From: the human T2T-CHM13v2.0 reference genome, Homo sapiens
Assembly: GCF_009914755.1 (NCBI RefSeq)
Contig: NC_060931.1
Length of the DNA stretch: 64,000 nucleotides
Direction: 5' to 3' (one strand)
The notes below the pieces were generated by a model. The model was not told where the DNA came from. It saw only the letters and a program-made list of their open reading frames with translations, and searched no databases. The position numbers were made by a program, and so were the translations under genes. Within the stretch, counting starts at the first letter, position 1; each line of letters starts with the position of its first letter. Positions 35,771 through 49,902 of the stretch are shown piece after piece.

Positions 35771-37260
35771 TGTGATGATTAATATTATGCATCAACCTGA
35801 CTAGGCCATAGTACCTAGATATTTGATCAAATACCTGTTTAGATGTCGTTGTGAAGGCACTTAGATGAAATTAACTTTAAATTAGCAGACTTTGAGTAAA
35901 GCAGACTACTCTCTACAATGTGGGTGGGCCTCATCCAATCAGTTGAAGGCCTTAATAGAAAAAGACTGAGTTTGCTCCCAGAAAGGAAATTCAGCCTCCA
36001 GATTCAAGCTGCAATATCAACTTTTCCATGGGTGTCCAGCCTACTAGCCTGCCCTGCAGATTTTGGACCTGCCAGCCCCCACGATTCATGTGCATCAGTT
36101 CCTTAAAATAAGTTTCTATCTCTATATATACAGTTATGAGCCACATAACAACGTTTTCAGTCAATAATGGATGGCATATATGATGGTGGTCTCATAAACA
36201 TAATGGAGCTGAAAACTTCCTATTGCCTAGTGATGATTTAGTGCAATGCATTACTAACATTTGCGGAGTTGCTGGTATAAACAATTCTGCATTGCCAGTC
36301 TTGGAAAAGTAAAGCACACAGAATTATGTACAGTATATAATACCTGATACTGATAATAATTATTGGTTATGTATTTACTACACTTTTGTTATATTAGTGT
36401 ATTCCTTCAGGCAGGTCCCTCAGGAGGTATTCCATAAGTATTGTTGCCATGGGAGATGAGAGCTCCTTTGCCAGTAATGACCTGCCAGTGGGACAAAATT
36501 TGGAAGTGGAAGACAGTGATATTAATGGTCCCGACCCTGTGTAGGTCTAGACTAACAAATGTGTTTGTGTCTTAGCTTTTACCAAAAAAGTTTAAAAAGT
36601 AAAAAAAACAAAATTTAAAAGCTTATAGAATAAGAATATAAAGGAAGAAATTATTTTTTACAATGTGTGTTTTCAGCTAAGTGTTACTGCAAAGGAGTCA
36701 AAAAGTTAAAAATATTAAAAAATTTATAAAGCAAAACAGAGTAAGCTACGATTGATTTTACTGAAAATGAAACTTAAAAAGTAAATATAGTATAGCTTAA
36801 GTGCACAGTGTTTATAAAGTCTATAGTAGTATACAGTAATGTTATAGGCCTTCACATTCACTCACCACTCATTCACTCTCACCCAGAGCAACTTCTAGTC
36901 CCGTAAGTTCCATTCGTGGTAAGTGCACTATACAGGTATACCATTTTTAATCTTTTATAATCATATTTCTATGGTGCCTTTTCTATGTTTAGATACACAA
37001 ATACCATTGTTACAACTGCCTTCAGTATTCAGTACAAAACATGCTTTGCAGGTTTGTAGCCTAGGAGCAAATGACTATACCATATAGCCTACAGGTATGT
37101 ATAGGCTATACCATCTAGGTTTGTGAAAGTACACTCTATGTTCACACAACGATTGACTAATGACACATTTCTCAGAATGCATCCCTGTTGTTAAGTGACA
37201 CATGGCTATATATATATACCCATTCTATTCTGTTCTGTTCCTCTGGAGAACCCTAATACA
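35771..37260 (+). mobile_element. MLT2 (C/D-like) solo LTR (ERVL) split by Tigger3b
   Basis: tgtgatgattaat...gggtgggcctcatccaatcagttgaaggcc... ending ctctggagaaccctaataca. Confidence 0.85.
36131..37208 (+). mobile_element. Tigger3b-like DNA transposon
   Basis: TIRs cagttatgagccacataacaac / gttgttaagtgacacatggcta; inserted in a (TA)n run. Confidence 0.85.
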
Positions 37261-37424
37261 CAACCCTACACAGACAACCCTGTTATCTGATGGTTGAGCT
37301 TTCTGTTTGTTAAGGAGGAATAACAATGGCATCCCTGCTATTCGTTCCCTTATTGCATCCTGCGACTGTATTGAGTTTTCTTGCTCTTAGTTAAGTGCAT
37401 ACAGTGAATTATTGACTTAATTAA

Positions 37425-37953
<529 letters not shown>

Positions 37954-38251
37954 TTACATTTGCTCATATCATTGCCCTAAGTGATTATGTCTTGAGATAT
38001 GGGTGTACAACACAGGTGAGTTATAATAATATTTTAAAATATTATTTCCTTCAATTATTTCATCTCTTATTTATAGCACAAATAACTTGCTGGCAACCTA
38101 TACTGCAGTAGTTTTTGACAACTAAATTTTGTGGTAGGACATGTTTCTTTAACAAAGGGGAAGTATCTAGTGCTTAAGAATACATTTTATATTTCATAGA
38201 AATTTCTTATGATTTAATACACTTATCAGTCTTCTTAAAAATGACTTAGTG

Positions 38252-38360
38252 AGCTGAGTGTGGTGGCATGCACCTGTAGTCCCAGTTACTTGAGAGGCTG
38301 AGGTGGGAAGATTGTTTGAGCCCAGCCTGGTCAATACTGTCAGACCCCATCTCAAGACAA
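38252..38360 (+). mobile_element. Alu monomer fragment (FLAM/J-type) with internal deletion
   Basis: ...ttgagcccagcctggtcaa junction lacks the intervening Alu sequence. Confidence 0.75.
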
Positions 38361-38863
38361 CAGAATTTCTTGATAATAGGAGTATACATCATGACCGTTA
38401 GTGATTTTTATAGACATATAGGAGTTGGCTTCTACAATAAATATGGCTGTTTTTGGAATTATTTATTGCTTTTCTCTAAAACAGTTGGTCCCTTGACTCA
38501 CTGTCACATTTTCTTATTAATAAATCTGATCCTTCTGTCTTCTTGAGGTTTCTAATCTGCTATGCTTGAAAAATTCTCTCCTCTTCATTAAATATAAGTC
38601 AGCTAAAAGTGGACCTACTGTCTGATGCAAACTAGGGTAAGGAACTAAATAGTACAGCCATTAGATTACGAACATCTTCTGAAGATATAAAGTCCCCTTT
38701 TTAAAAAAACCTTTTCCCGAATAGTCTACTCCCTAACATTTTAATCCTTTGTTTTTCTCCTTGGGATCATCCATAATGTTTTCATCTGTTGTATTTATGA
38801 TTCCATCCTATTCTAAATACTTTGGGTCACATCGTTGTACTAAATGGTAAACAATTGAAAAGA

Positions 38864-39239
<376 letters not shown>

Positions 39240-39450
39240 TCAATGTTGTCATCTCCATATTATAACGTTAGAGTTAACTTAATCATGAGATTGGCACTAT
39301 TGGGCATTCGGAAATTAACTCTATGGTCCCTTCTCACAGAGAATTTATTCATTCACTCAATTATTGGATTGCATTATATACAAGGCTACTGGTGCCAGGC
39401 CTTGAGACGTAGAAAATAATATAGTTCTAACATGTTTTCATGGAGCTTTA

Positions 39451-39847
<397 letters not shown>

Positions 39848-39895
39848 CTAACCCTTTCTTAAGTTCTCAGCCACTATGACAGCTGATGAAACTCT

Positions 39896-41289
39896 GGCAT
39901 CACACTACTTGACTTCAAACTATACTACAGGGCTACAGTATCCAAAACAGCATGGCACTGGTTTAAAAAAATACATATATATAGGCCAATGGAACAGAAT
40001 AGAGAATCCCGAAATAAGATCACACACCTACAAGCATCTGATCTTCGACAAAACTCAAAGAAACAAGCAATGGAGAAAGAATTCTCTATTCAATAAATGG
40101 TGCCAGGATAACTGGTTAGTTATAGTCAGAAGTTTGAAACTGGATCCCTTCCTTAAGCCATACACAAAAATAAAATCAAGATGGATTAAAGACTTACAGA
40201 TACAACTCAAAAGTATAAATCCCTGAAAGACAACCTCGGCAATACCATTCAGGACATAAGCAAAGGCAAATACTTCGTGATGAAGATGCTAAAAGCAGTT
40301 GCACAAAAGCAAAAATTGACAAATGAAATCTAATTAAAATAAAGAGCTTCTGCATAGCAAAAGAAACTGTCAACAGAGTGAACAGACAACGTACAGAATG
40401 GGAGAAAATTTTTGTAAGTTATGTATCTGACAAAGGTCTAGTATCCAGCATCTACAACGAACTTAAACAAATTTACAAGAAAAAAAACAACTCCATTAAA
40501 AAGTGGGCAAAGGACATGAACACTTTTCTAAAGATGACATACACACAGCCAAGAATCATATGAAGAAAAGCTTGATATCACTTATCATTAGAGAAATGCA
40601 AATGAAAACCGCAATGAGATACCATCTCACGTCGGTCAGATGTCAAAAAATAACAGATGCTAGCAAGGTTGTGGGGAAAAAGGAATGCTTACACACTCCT
40701 GGTGGGAGCGTAAACTAGTTCAACCATTGTGGAAGACAGTGTGGTGATTCCTCAATGAACAAAAGAAATAACTTTCCATCCCATTACTGGGCATATACCC
40801 AAAGAAATATAAATCATTCTATTATAAAGACACATGCACATGTATGTTCACTGCAGCACTATTCACAATAGCAAAGACATGGAATCAACCTAAATGCCCG
40901 TCAACAGTAGACTGGATAAAGAAAATGTGGTACATATACACCACGGAATACTATGCAGCTATAAAAAAATGAGATCATATCCTTTGCAGGGACAATGGCC
41001 ATGGTGGCCATTATCCTCAGCAAACTAACGCAGGAACAGAAAACCAGATACCACATGTTCTCACTTATAGGTGGGAGCTAAATGAGAAAACATGGACACA
41101 GAGGGGGACAACCCACATTGAAACCTATTGGAGGGTGGGAAAATGGAGAGGATCAAGAAAAATAACTAATGGGTACTAGGCTTAATACCTGGGTGATGAA
41201 ATATTCTGTACAACAAACCCCCATGACACAAGTTTACCTATGTAACAAACCTACACTTGTACCCCTGAATTTAAAAGTTAAAAAAAAAA
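39896..41289 (+). mobile_element. 5'-truncated L1PA (about PA8-13)
   Basis: ORF2 C-terminal remnants, 3'UTR and A tail; TSD tctggcat (39893-39900, 41290-41297). Confidence 0.9.
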
Positions 41290-41653
41290 TCTGGCATTTG
41301 GACATGGGTTCTCCTGTGTTTTTATGATAAAGTTTAATGATAGGATACTGTGAATTCTATTTGTATTCAACCTGGAGTTAATCCATAACAGTACAAAGAT
41401 CTTTGGGGGGTAGGCTTTTCCTCAAGAATGATTCTTAAACAAATACTGCTTAAAGGCTTAGAGAGTGACTGAGTACTTCACTCTGAAGTACTTGACCACT
41501 CTACACTCATATTTACAGCTGAAAGTTCTGTGTTTTAACCACTATCAAATTAACACAGGTAACAATATTTCTTTGGAGTCCAAAACCACTGCTTTGGAGA
41601 ACTGAGGTGGGAAAATAATCCAGATGGCTAAAGTTCTTCAAAAATTTATATAT

Positions 41654-41945
41654 TTTTCTTTTTTGAGACAGGGTCTCTCTCTGTCACCTAGGCTCGAGTG
41701 CAGTGGCACAATCACAGCTGACTGCAACCTTGACCTCTCGGGCTTAAGTGATCCTCCCGCCTCAGTCTCCCAAGTAGCTAGGACAGAGGTGCGTAGCACC
41801 GTGCCCCACTAATTTTTATATTTATTGTAGAGATGGGGTTTTGCCATGTTGTCCAGGCTGGTCTCAAACTCCTGGACTCAAGTGATCCGCTTGCCTTGAC
41901 CTCTAAAACTGCTGGGATTACAGGTGTGAGCCACCAGCCCTGGCC
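41654..41945 (-). mobile_element. AluJ
   Basis: Dimer in reverse complement; degenerate TSD aaaatttatatattt / aaaatttctgtattt. Confidence 0.9.
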
Positions 41946-42086
41946 TAAAAATTTCTGTATTTCAAAGATGGCTTCCACCTGTAGTTCACATTTCATCTTT
42001 GGTTAGATTTAAAATTAACGCTATACTCTTAATTTTAAAATTTTAAAATTGGCATTCTCAGTCGGGCACAGTGGCTTATGCCTTAA

Positions 42087-42467
<381 letters not shown>

Positions 42468-42477
42468 TCCCGTCTCA

Positions 42478-42768
42478 TTCATATATATATATATTTCATA
42501 TATATACATATATTCATATATATATCATATATACATATATTCATATATATATTTCATACATACATATATTCATATATATTTTTTCATATATACATATATT
42601 CATATATATTTCATATATACATATATTCATATATATTTCATATATACATATATTCATATATATTTCATATATACATATATTCATATATATATTTCATATA
42701 TATTCATTCATATATATACTTATTTATATATTTATTCATATATATATATTTATCTATATACATATATT
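42478..42768. repeat. AT-rich tandem repeat, about 27-bp period (ttcatatatacatatattcatatatat)
   Basis: Unit directly visible; 9-aa periodicity (YIFHIYIYS) in overlapping ORFs. Confidence 0.92.
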
Positions 42769-44741
42769 TGCTACTTGGGAGGTTGAGGGGAAGGACTGCA
42801 TGAGCCCAGGAGTCCACTATGATGAGCTATGATTGCACCACTTCACTCCAGCCTGGGCAACACAGCAAGACCCTGTCTCTTAAAACAAAATACCTAAAAA
42901 ACTCATGATATTCTCCAGAAATAAAGCAATTACCCTCTAACATTCTATATTAGATTATTCAACTATATACTAACTATTTACATGCCAGGCATTCCACAGG
43001 TTTCAATAATACAGTGATAAAGAAGACAAAGCTATTATCCTTAAATACACACAGCTAAAATATAATTTAGGTAATTGCTATATAAATAAAATGCTTTATG
43101 AATTATTTTTACATGCTTTTCTGTATAGAGAGCTGAACTGAGGAAGAATGTGAACCATACACAATATAATAAATGTATAATACTACTGAGGACTGTAATT
43201 TAAAAAACAAAGAATAAGATTTGAGATTAAATGTCTATATATTTTTCCATATACAGTTGCTCAATACCAGGAATTTGGCTATTATCCACATAGTAAGAAT
43301 AAGCTTACAACGGAATATATTATAAAACTTGGAATAGGGAAACATCTCAGAATTCTGTGCAACATTACAACTAAAGAAGCCACCTCTGCCTTTGGCCGAC
43401 CCACAGCTAGGTAATCTCCCCAGGCCAAGTGAAACAGGGAGAGTGAAAAAGAGCCAGGGAAGGAAGGGCGTGAGTTCTAGTGGCCACCTGCCTGCGGCTA
43501 CACAGCAGTTGCCTGGTAAAATGAAAGAAGTCAGGAAGGGAGTTGGGTGCAACCCAAGAAGAGGGCTCTTCTACAGAGTTTCAGTTTCTGTTGTACCTCT
43601 TTAAATAGCAGCTGCCCCATAAACTTCATGGTAGAAGGTTTAGAAAGCCAAAGACTCAACCTCCATTCTCCACTATAGGTCCCAAACATAGACTCTGCCC
43701 AGGCCTGAATACTACATCTCGAAAGTGTTTAAAAATTTCCTTTGTTTTCCAATTAGCAGCAGACTTCATACTAATCCCTGCTTTTCTTACCTGCTTTTTT
43801 TCCTCCTCTCAAGATGCTTTCAAACAATGTTACTGCTATACTTTCTCAAAAGAATGCGATTGTAAACAAACTGGGGAAGACATTAAATACCAGATGAAGG
43901 AATTTAAAAATTGGGCTCTGTTTTCCCCTGCATATGCCATTGTCAATTATACGTTTTTGTAATGTCCATCATTTGATACAAATTACTGGAAAACTGAAAC
44001 ACAATACAGCCAAAATGTTTCAACATCTCCAAAGGACTGCACTAGCTCCCTAGCAATGGATCCTAACCTGAATGAAATGAAAATTAAAATAGTGTCAGGG
44101 ATAAGAAGCTTAGTTGTCAATCTTAATACAATTGAGACAAAGATAAAATTCATCCAGCTTGCTTAAAACAGTGAATTTTCAACCTCTCAATTTTGTAATC
44201 ACTGGACACGTAATTGAAAAGCTAAAAATTCAATCGTGTACTCAATTTTATGAATATTAAAGAACATGTATAACTACTGAAAATATATTGTTACTAATTC
44301 TGTTCAAAGCATGAGGCATAATTAATAATTTTCTATTTCTCAAGGAAATGGAATTAAAAGTCTTCTTATAACTGTCCAACTTCTGAATTTCATATTACTC
44401 TTATAAAAATTTTCAGGAATTCTTTATGATACAAAACTACCCATACGTGAAGAAGTTATGGTGTCTATAGGTACAATGCCACTTAGTATGCTGACAGTCT
44501 AAGTAAAATTATTTTCTTACTATAGTAATAGGATAGGATTTTGCATGTGTCAAAACTTTTGGATAATGTTCCTGAATGGATAAATCATAAAACATGGAAT
44601 AATATTCTAAAAAGCACAAGACTTTTCTAAACTCTGCAGAAAAGAACTATATTTAAATAAAATGCCTATCAGTTAGCTTGTTTACCAAATACAGTTAATA
44701 TTTAAAAGCAAAACATGAAAAATTATGGCTTTGCTTTAGAA

Positions 44742-45073
44742 CAGGGGTCCCCAACCTCTGGGCTGCAAACTGGTATTGGTCCGTGGCCTGTTAGGAACCG
44801 GGCTGCATAGCAGGAGGTGAGCGGCCAGTAAGCATTACCACCTGAGCTCTGCCTTCTGTTAGATCAGCAGCAGCATTAGATTCTCATAGGAGCATGAACC
44901 CTACTGTGAAATGCACATGCAAAGGATCTAGGTGGAGTGCTCCTTATGAGAATCTAATGCCTGATGATCTGAGGTGGAAAAGTTTCATTCCGAAACCACC
45001 CTTCACCCCTGTCCATGGAAAAATTGTCTTCCACGAAACTGGTCTCTGGTGCCAAAAGGGTTGGGGACTGCTG
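44742..45073 (+). mobile_element. MER1B (hAT-Charlie)
   Basis: TIRs caggggtccccaacc / ggttggggactgctg; degenerate 8-bp TSD ctttagaa / ctcaagaa. Confidence 0.92.
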
Positions 45074-46262
45074 CTCAAGAACACCTTACACTTGCAAACT
45101 ACTATGTCTACTATTAAGCAACCAAGAGTTTTGTCTTTTTTCCCCAAAAATGGTGGATTAGAGGCTTTCAGCATTACCCATCCACTTGGAAATAGCAAAA
45201 ATAGTGCGTAAAGATCAATATGTAACTTTAATTCAAGAAGGAAAATGGGAATTCACCAGACTAGTAAAGGATACCCTAGACCCTGGGGAGGAGAAGGCAA
45301 GCCAGCAATCCTCGTGAAGGTGTTTGGCTGGTTACATGAATGAAAGCCCCAGTATGTGAAAGGGGCAGTCTGTCTTCCTGTGTGTCTCACTTTTCTGCTA
45401 GTTATCTGTATAACCCAGGCAAAGGGAGAGCGCCCTGTTTCTCCCAAAACTGGGAGGTAGTGTGGGGAAAGGCTAAGAGATAGTGAGGGAAAGACACCAG
45501 GAAGCTGCAGGCATTTTCCCAGACCTAGGACTGAGAGGAGGACACCATTTCAAATTCAGGCTCACACAAAGTCAGTCACTGTTTGGCCACCTGGCAACAG
45601 CAGCCACTGCAGACATTTTAGTATCAGTCAGAGACTGGAGTGCTTGCTCTGGAGCAGGGAAAAGGCCCCCACAGCCAGAATCAGGCAGTGAGTGTGGAGA
45701 GTGCCCCAGCAGTAGTTGCTGGAATTAGGCTGTCTCCTGTTGCAAGACCGGAGTGGAAGGAGAGTTGCTGAAGCTGGTATTTCTCCTACGTGGTTTGACT
45801 TGCAGCCAGGGACAGCTTTGTGACCTGGAACAAGTCTGCATGGGTCACTGCTGGGTGTCCCGGGCTGCTTCCTTGGTTGGTTGCGGGACAGTAGCCCACC
45901 AGTCCAAAGACAGGGAGGGAAGCAGTCTCCAGTCCCCTGGAGATTTAACCTTCAGTGTGGACTGCCCCAACAGAAGGAGGAACGTGGCCTGCCAAAGCCT
46001 TCCTTGGGTCAAAGGAAACAAAAGTGAAGCACAAGCCACTGAAGGGGGCAACAGCAAAGCCAAGGAATGAATTCGGAGAGTGGGGGTAATCTCTCGCCCC
46101 CAGCCCCGCTCATTAGTGCACTGGGACGAATGCGGCAGCAGCTCTACATGCTGGGGACCAGAGCGTGTGGGCTGAGAGAGGTGCTGTGCAGGCCTCTCCA
46201 GCAGCTCCACTCCCGCTGAAGACCAGTGGCACTGGCGGGATAAGGATGCTTCTTTTGCCTCT

Positions 46263-46304
46263 GTCGCCTCCTGCTGGCTCTTACTCATAAGCGCCATCTA
46301 CTGG
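46263..46304 (-). promoter_or_regulatory. Two tandem CTCF-like motifs in the L1 5'UTR
   Basis: 46291-46304 rc = CCAGTAGATGGCGC (fits CCASYAGRKGGCRS); 46264-46277 rc = CCAGCAGGAGGCGA (near match). Motif only. Confidence 0.5.
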
Positions 46305-49300
46305 ACGGCAGCCTGAATTACACCACCAAACAAGAATACATCTCTACACCAAGCAACATCCGAGAAAGCCACTGTAGAAACTATCTGCAACCAAGGAACC
46401 CATAACACATGAATACACCCAGAAATGAAATCAAATGATCATATTCAACATACACCAGTCATATCAACGAAATAAAGCATAAAAATTAAAAAAAAAAACC
46501 ATCCCAATGATAGCAAATTCAAAAAAAGCAGCACCAGTTTCCTCGGATGAGAAGGAACAAGCACAAGAACTTCGGCAATTATAGAAATCCAGTGTTCCAT
46601 CACCTCCAAAGGATCACATGAGCTCCCTAGCAATGGATCCTAATCAGAATAAAATGACTGAAATGATACAGAATTCAGAATATGGATGGCAAGAAAACTC
46701 AACAAGATTCAAGAGAAAGTTGAAATTCAACAGAAAACAGAAAAATGATCCAGGAGTTGAAAGATAATATAACCATATTAAGAAAGAACCAACCAGAACA
46801 TCTGGAATTAAAAAATTCACTAGAGGAATTTCAAAATACAGTTGGAAGCCTTAACAGACTAGACAAAGCAGAAGAAAGAATTTCAGAGCTCAAAGACTGG
46901 TTCTTCAAATCAACCCTGTCAAATAAAAATAAGAAGAAGAAAAGAACACAAAGCCTTGGGGAAATAAGGGATTATGTAAAGCGATCAAATCTACAACTTA
47001 CTGGCATTCCTGAGAGAGAAGAGAAAACAAGCCACTTGGAAAACATACATGAGGACATAATTCATGAAAATTTCCCCCATCTTGGTAGAGAGGTTGACAT
47101 ACAGATGCAGAAATCCAGAGAAGTCCTGTGAGATACTAGACAAAATGACCATCCCCAAGGCACATAGTCACTAGACTATCCAAGGTCAAAGCAAAAGAAA
47201 AAATCTCAAAGATTACCTATAAAGGGAAACCCATCTGGCTAACAATAGATTTCTGAGGAGAAATCTTACAAGCCATAAGAGATTGGGCTCCCGCTCCCTG
47301 CCTTTTTAAAACAACATTCTTAAAAGAAAAGAAATGCCAGCGAAGAATTTCATATCCCACCAAACTAAGCTTCATATATGAAGGAGAAATAAAGTATTTT
47401 TCAGACAAGCAGTCGCTAAGAGAATTCACTGCCATCACAGGCCCTACAAGAGATACTTAAGGGAGTTCTAAACAAGGAAAAAGAACAATATTCCCTACTA
47501 CAAAAGCATACATAAACACACAGCTCACAGATCCTATAAAGCAACTACGTAATTGAGACTACAAAGCAACTAATAACACTATGAAAGAAACACAACCTCT
47601 CATATCAATATTAACCTTGAATGTAACTGACCTAAATGCTCCATTAGAAAGACATAAGTTGGAAATTGGATTAAAAAAAAAAAAAAACCCACCCATCTTC
47701 TGTCTTTGAGAGACCCATCTCACATGTAATACACAGTCTCAAAGTAAAGGGATAGAGAAAGATCTATTGCATAAATGGAATATAAAAAAAAACAGGGGTC
47801 ACTATTCTTTTATCAGATAAAACACAATTTAAACCAATAGTAACAAAGCACAGAGAAGGGCACTACATAATGATAAAGAGCTCAATTCCATGAGAAGACT
47901 GAACTACCCTAAATAATATAGCACCCAATGTTGGAGCATGCAGATTCATAAAATAATTACTTCTATAGTCAGGAAAAGACTCAGACAGCCACAGGGTAAT
48001 AGTGGGGGACTTCACCTCATTCACAGCTTAGATCATTGAGGCAAAAAACTAAAATTCTGGACTTAAATTTGACACTTGACCAACTGGACCTAACAGACAT
48101 CCACAGACAACTTCACCCAACAACCACATAAAACACATTCTTCTGTCATCTACACACAGAACGTAGTCTAAGATGGACCACATGCTCAGTTATAAAGCAA
48201 GTCTCAATAAATTTTAAAAAGGTCAAAGTCATATCAAGCATATTCTCATATCACAGAGGAATAAAAATAGAAATCAATATCAAGAGGAACTCTCAATACC
48301 ACACAATTACATGGAAACTAAATTAACTTGCTCCTGAATGACTTTTGGGTAAACAATGAAATTAAGGCATAAATCAAAAACTATTTGAAACAAATGAAAA
48401 TATAAACACAACATACCAAAACCTCTACAATGCAGCAAAAGCAGCATTAAGAGAAAAGTTTGTAGTGCTAAATGCCACACCAAGATAGGAAGGTCTCAAA
48501 TTAACAATCTACTATTGTACCTAAAGAAACTGGAAAAACACAAACTGATTGCAATGCTAGCAGAAGAAAAAAGTAACTAAAATTAGAGCAGAAGTAAATG
48601 AAATCAAGAACAAAAAACCATACAAATGATCAATGTTAATAGCATAAACAAGATTGACAGACCACTAGTTAAACAAAGACCACTAGTTAAACAAACAACC
48701 AGAATATTCAAATAAGCAAAATCAGAAATGACAAGGTGACATGATACCAATCCCAAAGAAATACAAGAGATCCCTAGAGACTACTACGAACACCTCTATG
48801 CTCACAAAATAGAAATTCTAGAGGAAATTCCTAAAAACACACAATGTCCAAAGATTAAATTGGGAAGAAATTGAAACCCTGAAGAGACCAATGTGTTCCG
48901 AAATTGAATCAGTAATTAATAAAATCCAGACCAGAGGAATTCATAGCCGAATTCTACCAGAAGCACAAAAAATAACTGGTATCAATCCTATTGGAACTAT
49001 CCCCCCAAAAAAATCGAGGAGGAGGAATTCGTTCCTAACTCATTCTATGAAACCAGTATCACCCTGATGCCAAATCTAGCAAAGACACAATGAAAAAACA
49101 ACAATAAACTACAGCCAATATACTTGATGAACATGGATGAAAAAATCCACAGTAAAATACTAGCAAACCAAATCCAGCAGCACATCAGAAAGTTAATTCA
49201 TGATTAAGTAGGCCTTATTCCTAGGTTGCAAGATTGATTCAACACATACAAATCAATAAAGTCATTCACCACATAAACAGAATTAAAAACCATATGATCA

Positions 49301-49849
49301 TCTCACTAGATACAGAAAAAGCAATAGAAAAATCCAGCATTCCTTCATGATAAAAATCCTCAACAAACTAGGCATCTAAAGAATATACTTCAAAATAATA
49401 AGAGCCACCGATGACAAACCCACATCCAACATCATGCTGAACTGGCAAAAGCTGGTAGCATTCTACCTAAGAATTGCAACAAGACAAAATGTCCACTCTC
49501 ATCACTCCTATTCAACATAGTTGAACATAAAATGATAATGAAGTCCTAGCCAGAGCAATCAAGAAAGAGAAATAAAAGGCATCCAAATAGGAAGAGAGGA
49601 AGTCAATTATCTCTCTTCACTGATGGTATGATTCTGTTCTTCAGAAAATTCTAGAGACTCCACCAAAAGTCTCCTAAACAGTCAGTGAAGTTTCAGGATA
49701 CAAAATCAATGTATAAAAATCAGTAGTAAAAAAAAAAAAAAGAAATTTAAAAAATCAGTAGCATTTCTATACTATTTATAATGGCCATTCTACACCAGTA
49801 ACACTCAAGCTAAGAACCAAATCAAGAATGCAGTCCCCTTTACAGTAGC

Positions 49850-49902
49850 TGTGTGCGTGTGTGCACGTGCGTGCACACACCCACACACCCACACACACAC
49901 AC
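49850..49902. repeat. (TG)n/(CA)n purine-pyrimidine tract with an 11-bp inverted repeat
   Basis: gtgtgtgcacg-tg-cgtgcacacac at 49857-49880. Confidence 0.8.

Noticed and set aside
43474-43500. Possible CTCF site (tagtggccacctgcctgcgg)
   Set aside because: Lacks the AG-G-rich core on either strand.
45253-46297. ORFs in the GC-rich block as a separate gene or CpG-island promoter
   Set aside because: Lies inside the 5'UTR of the TSD-bounded full-length L1.
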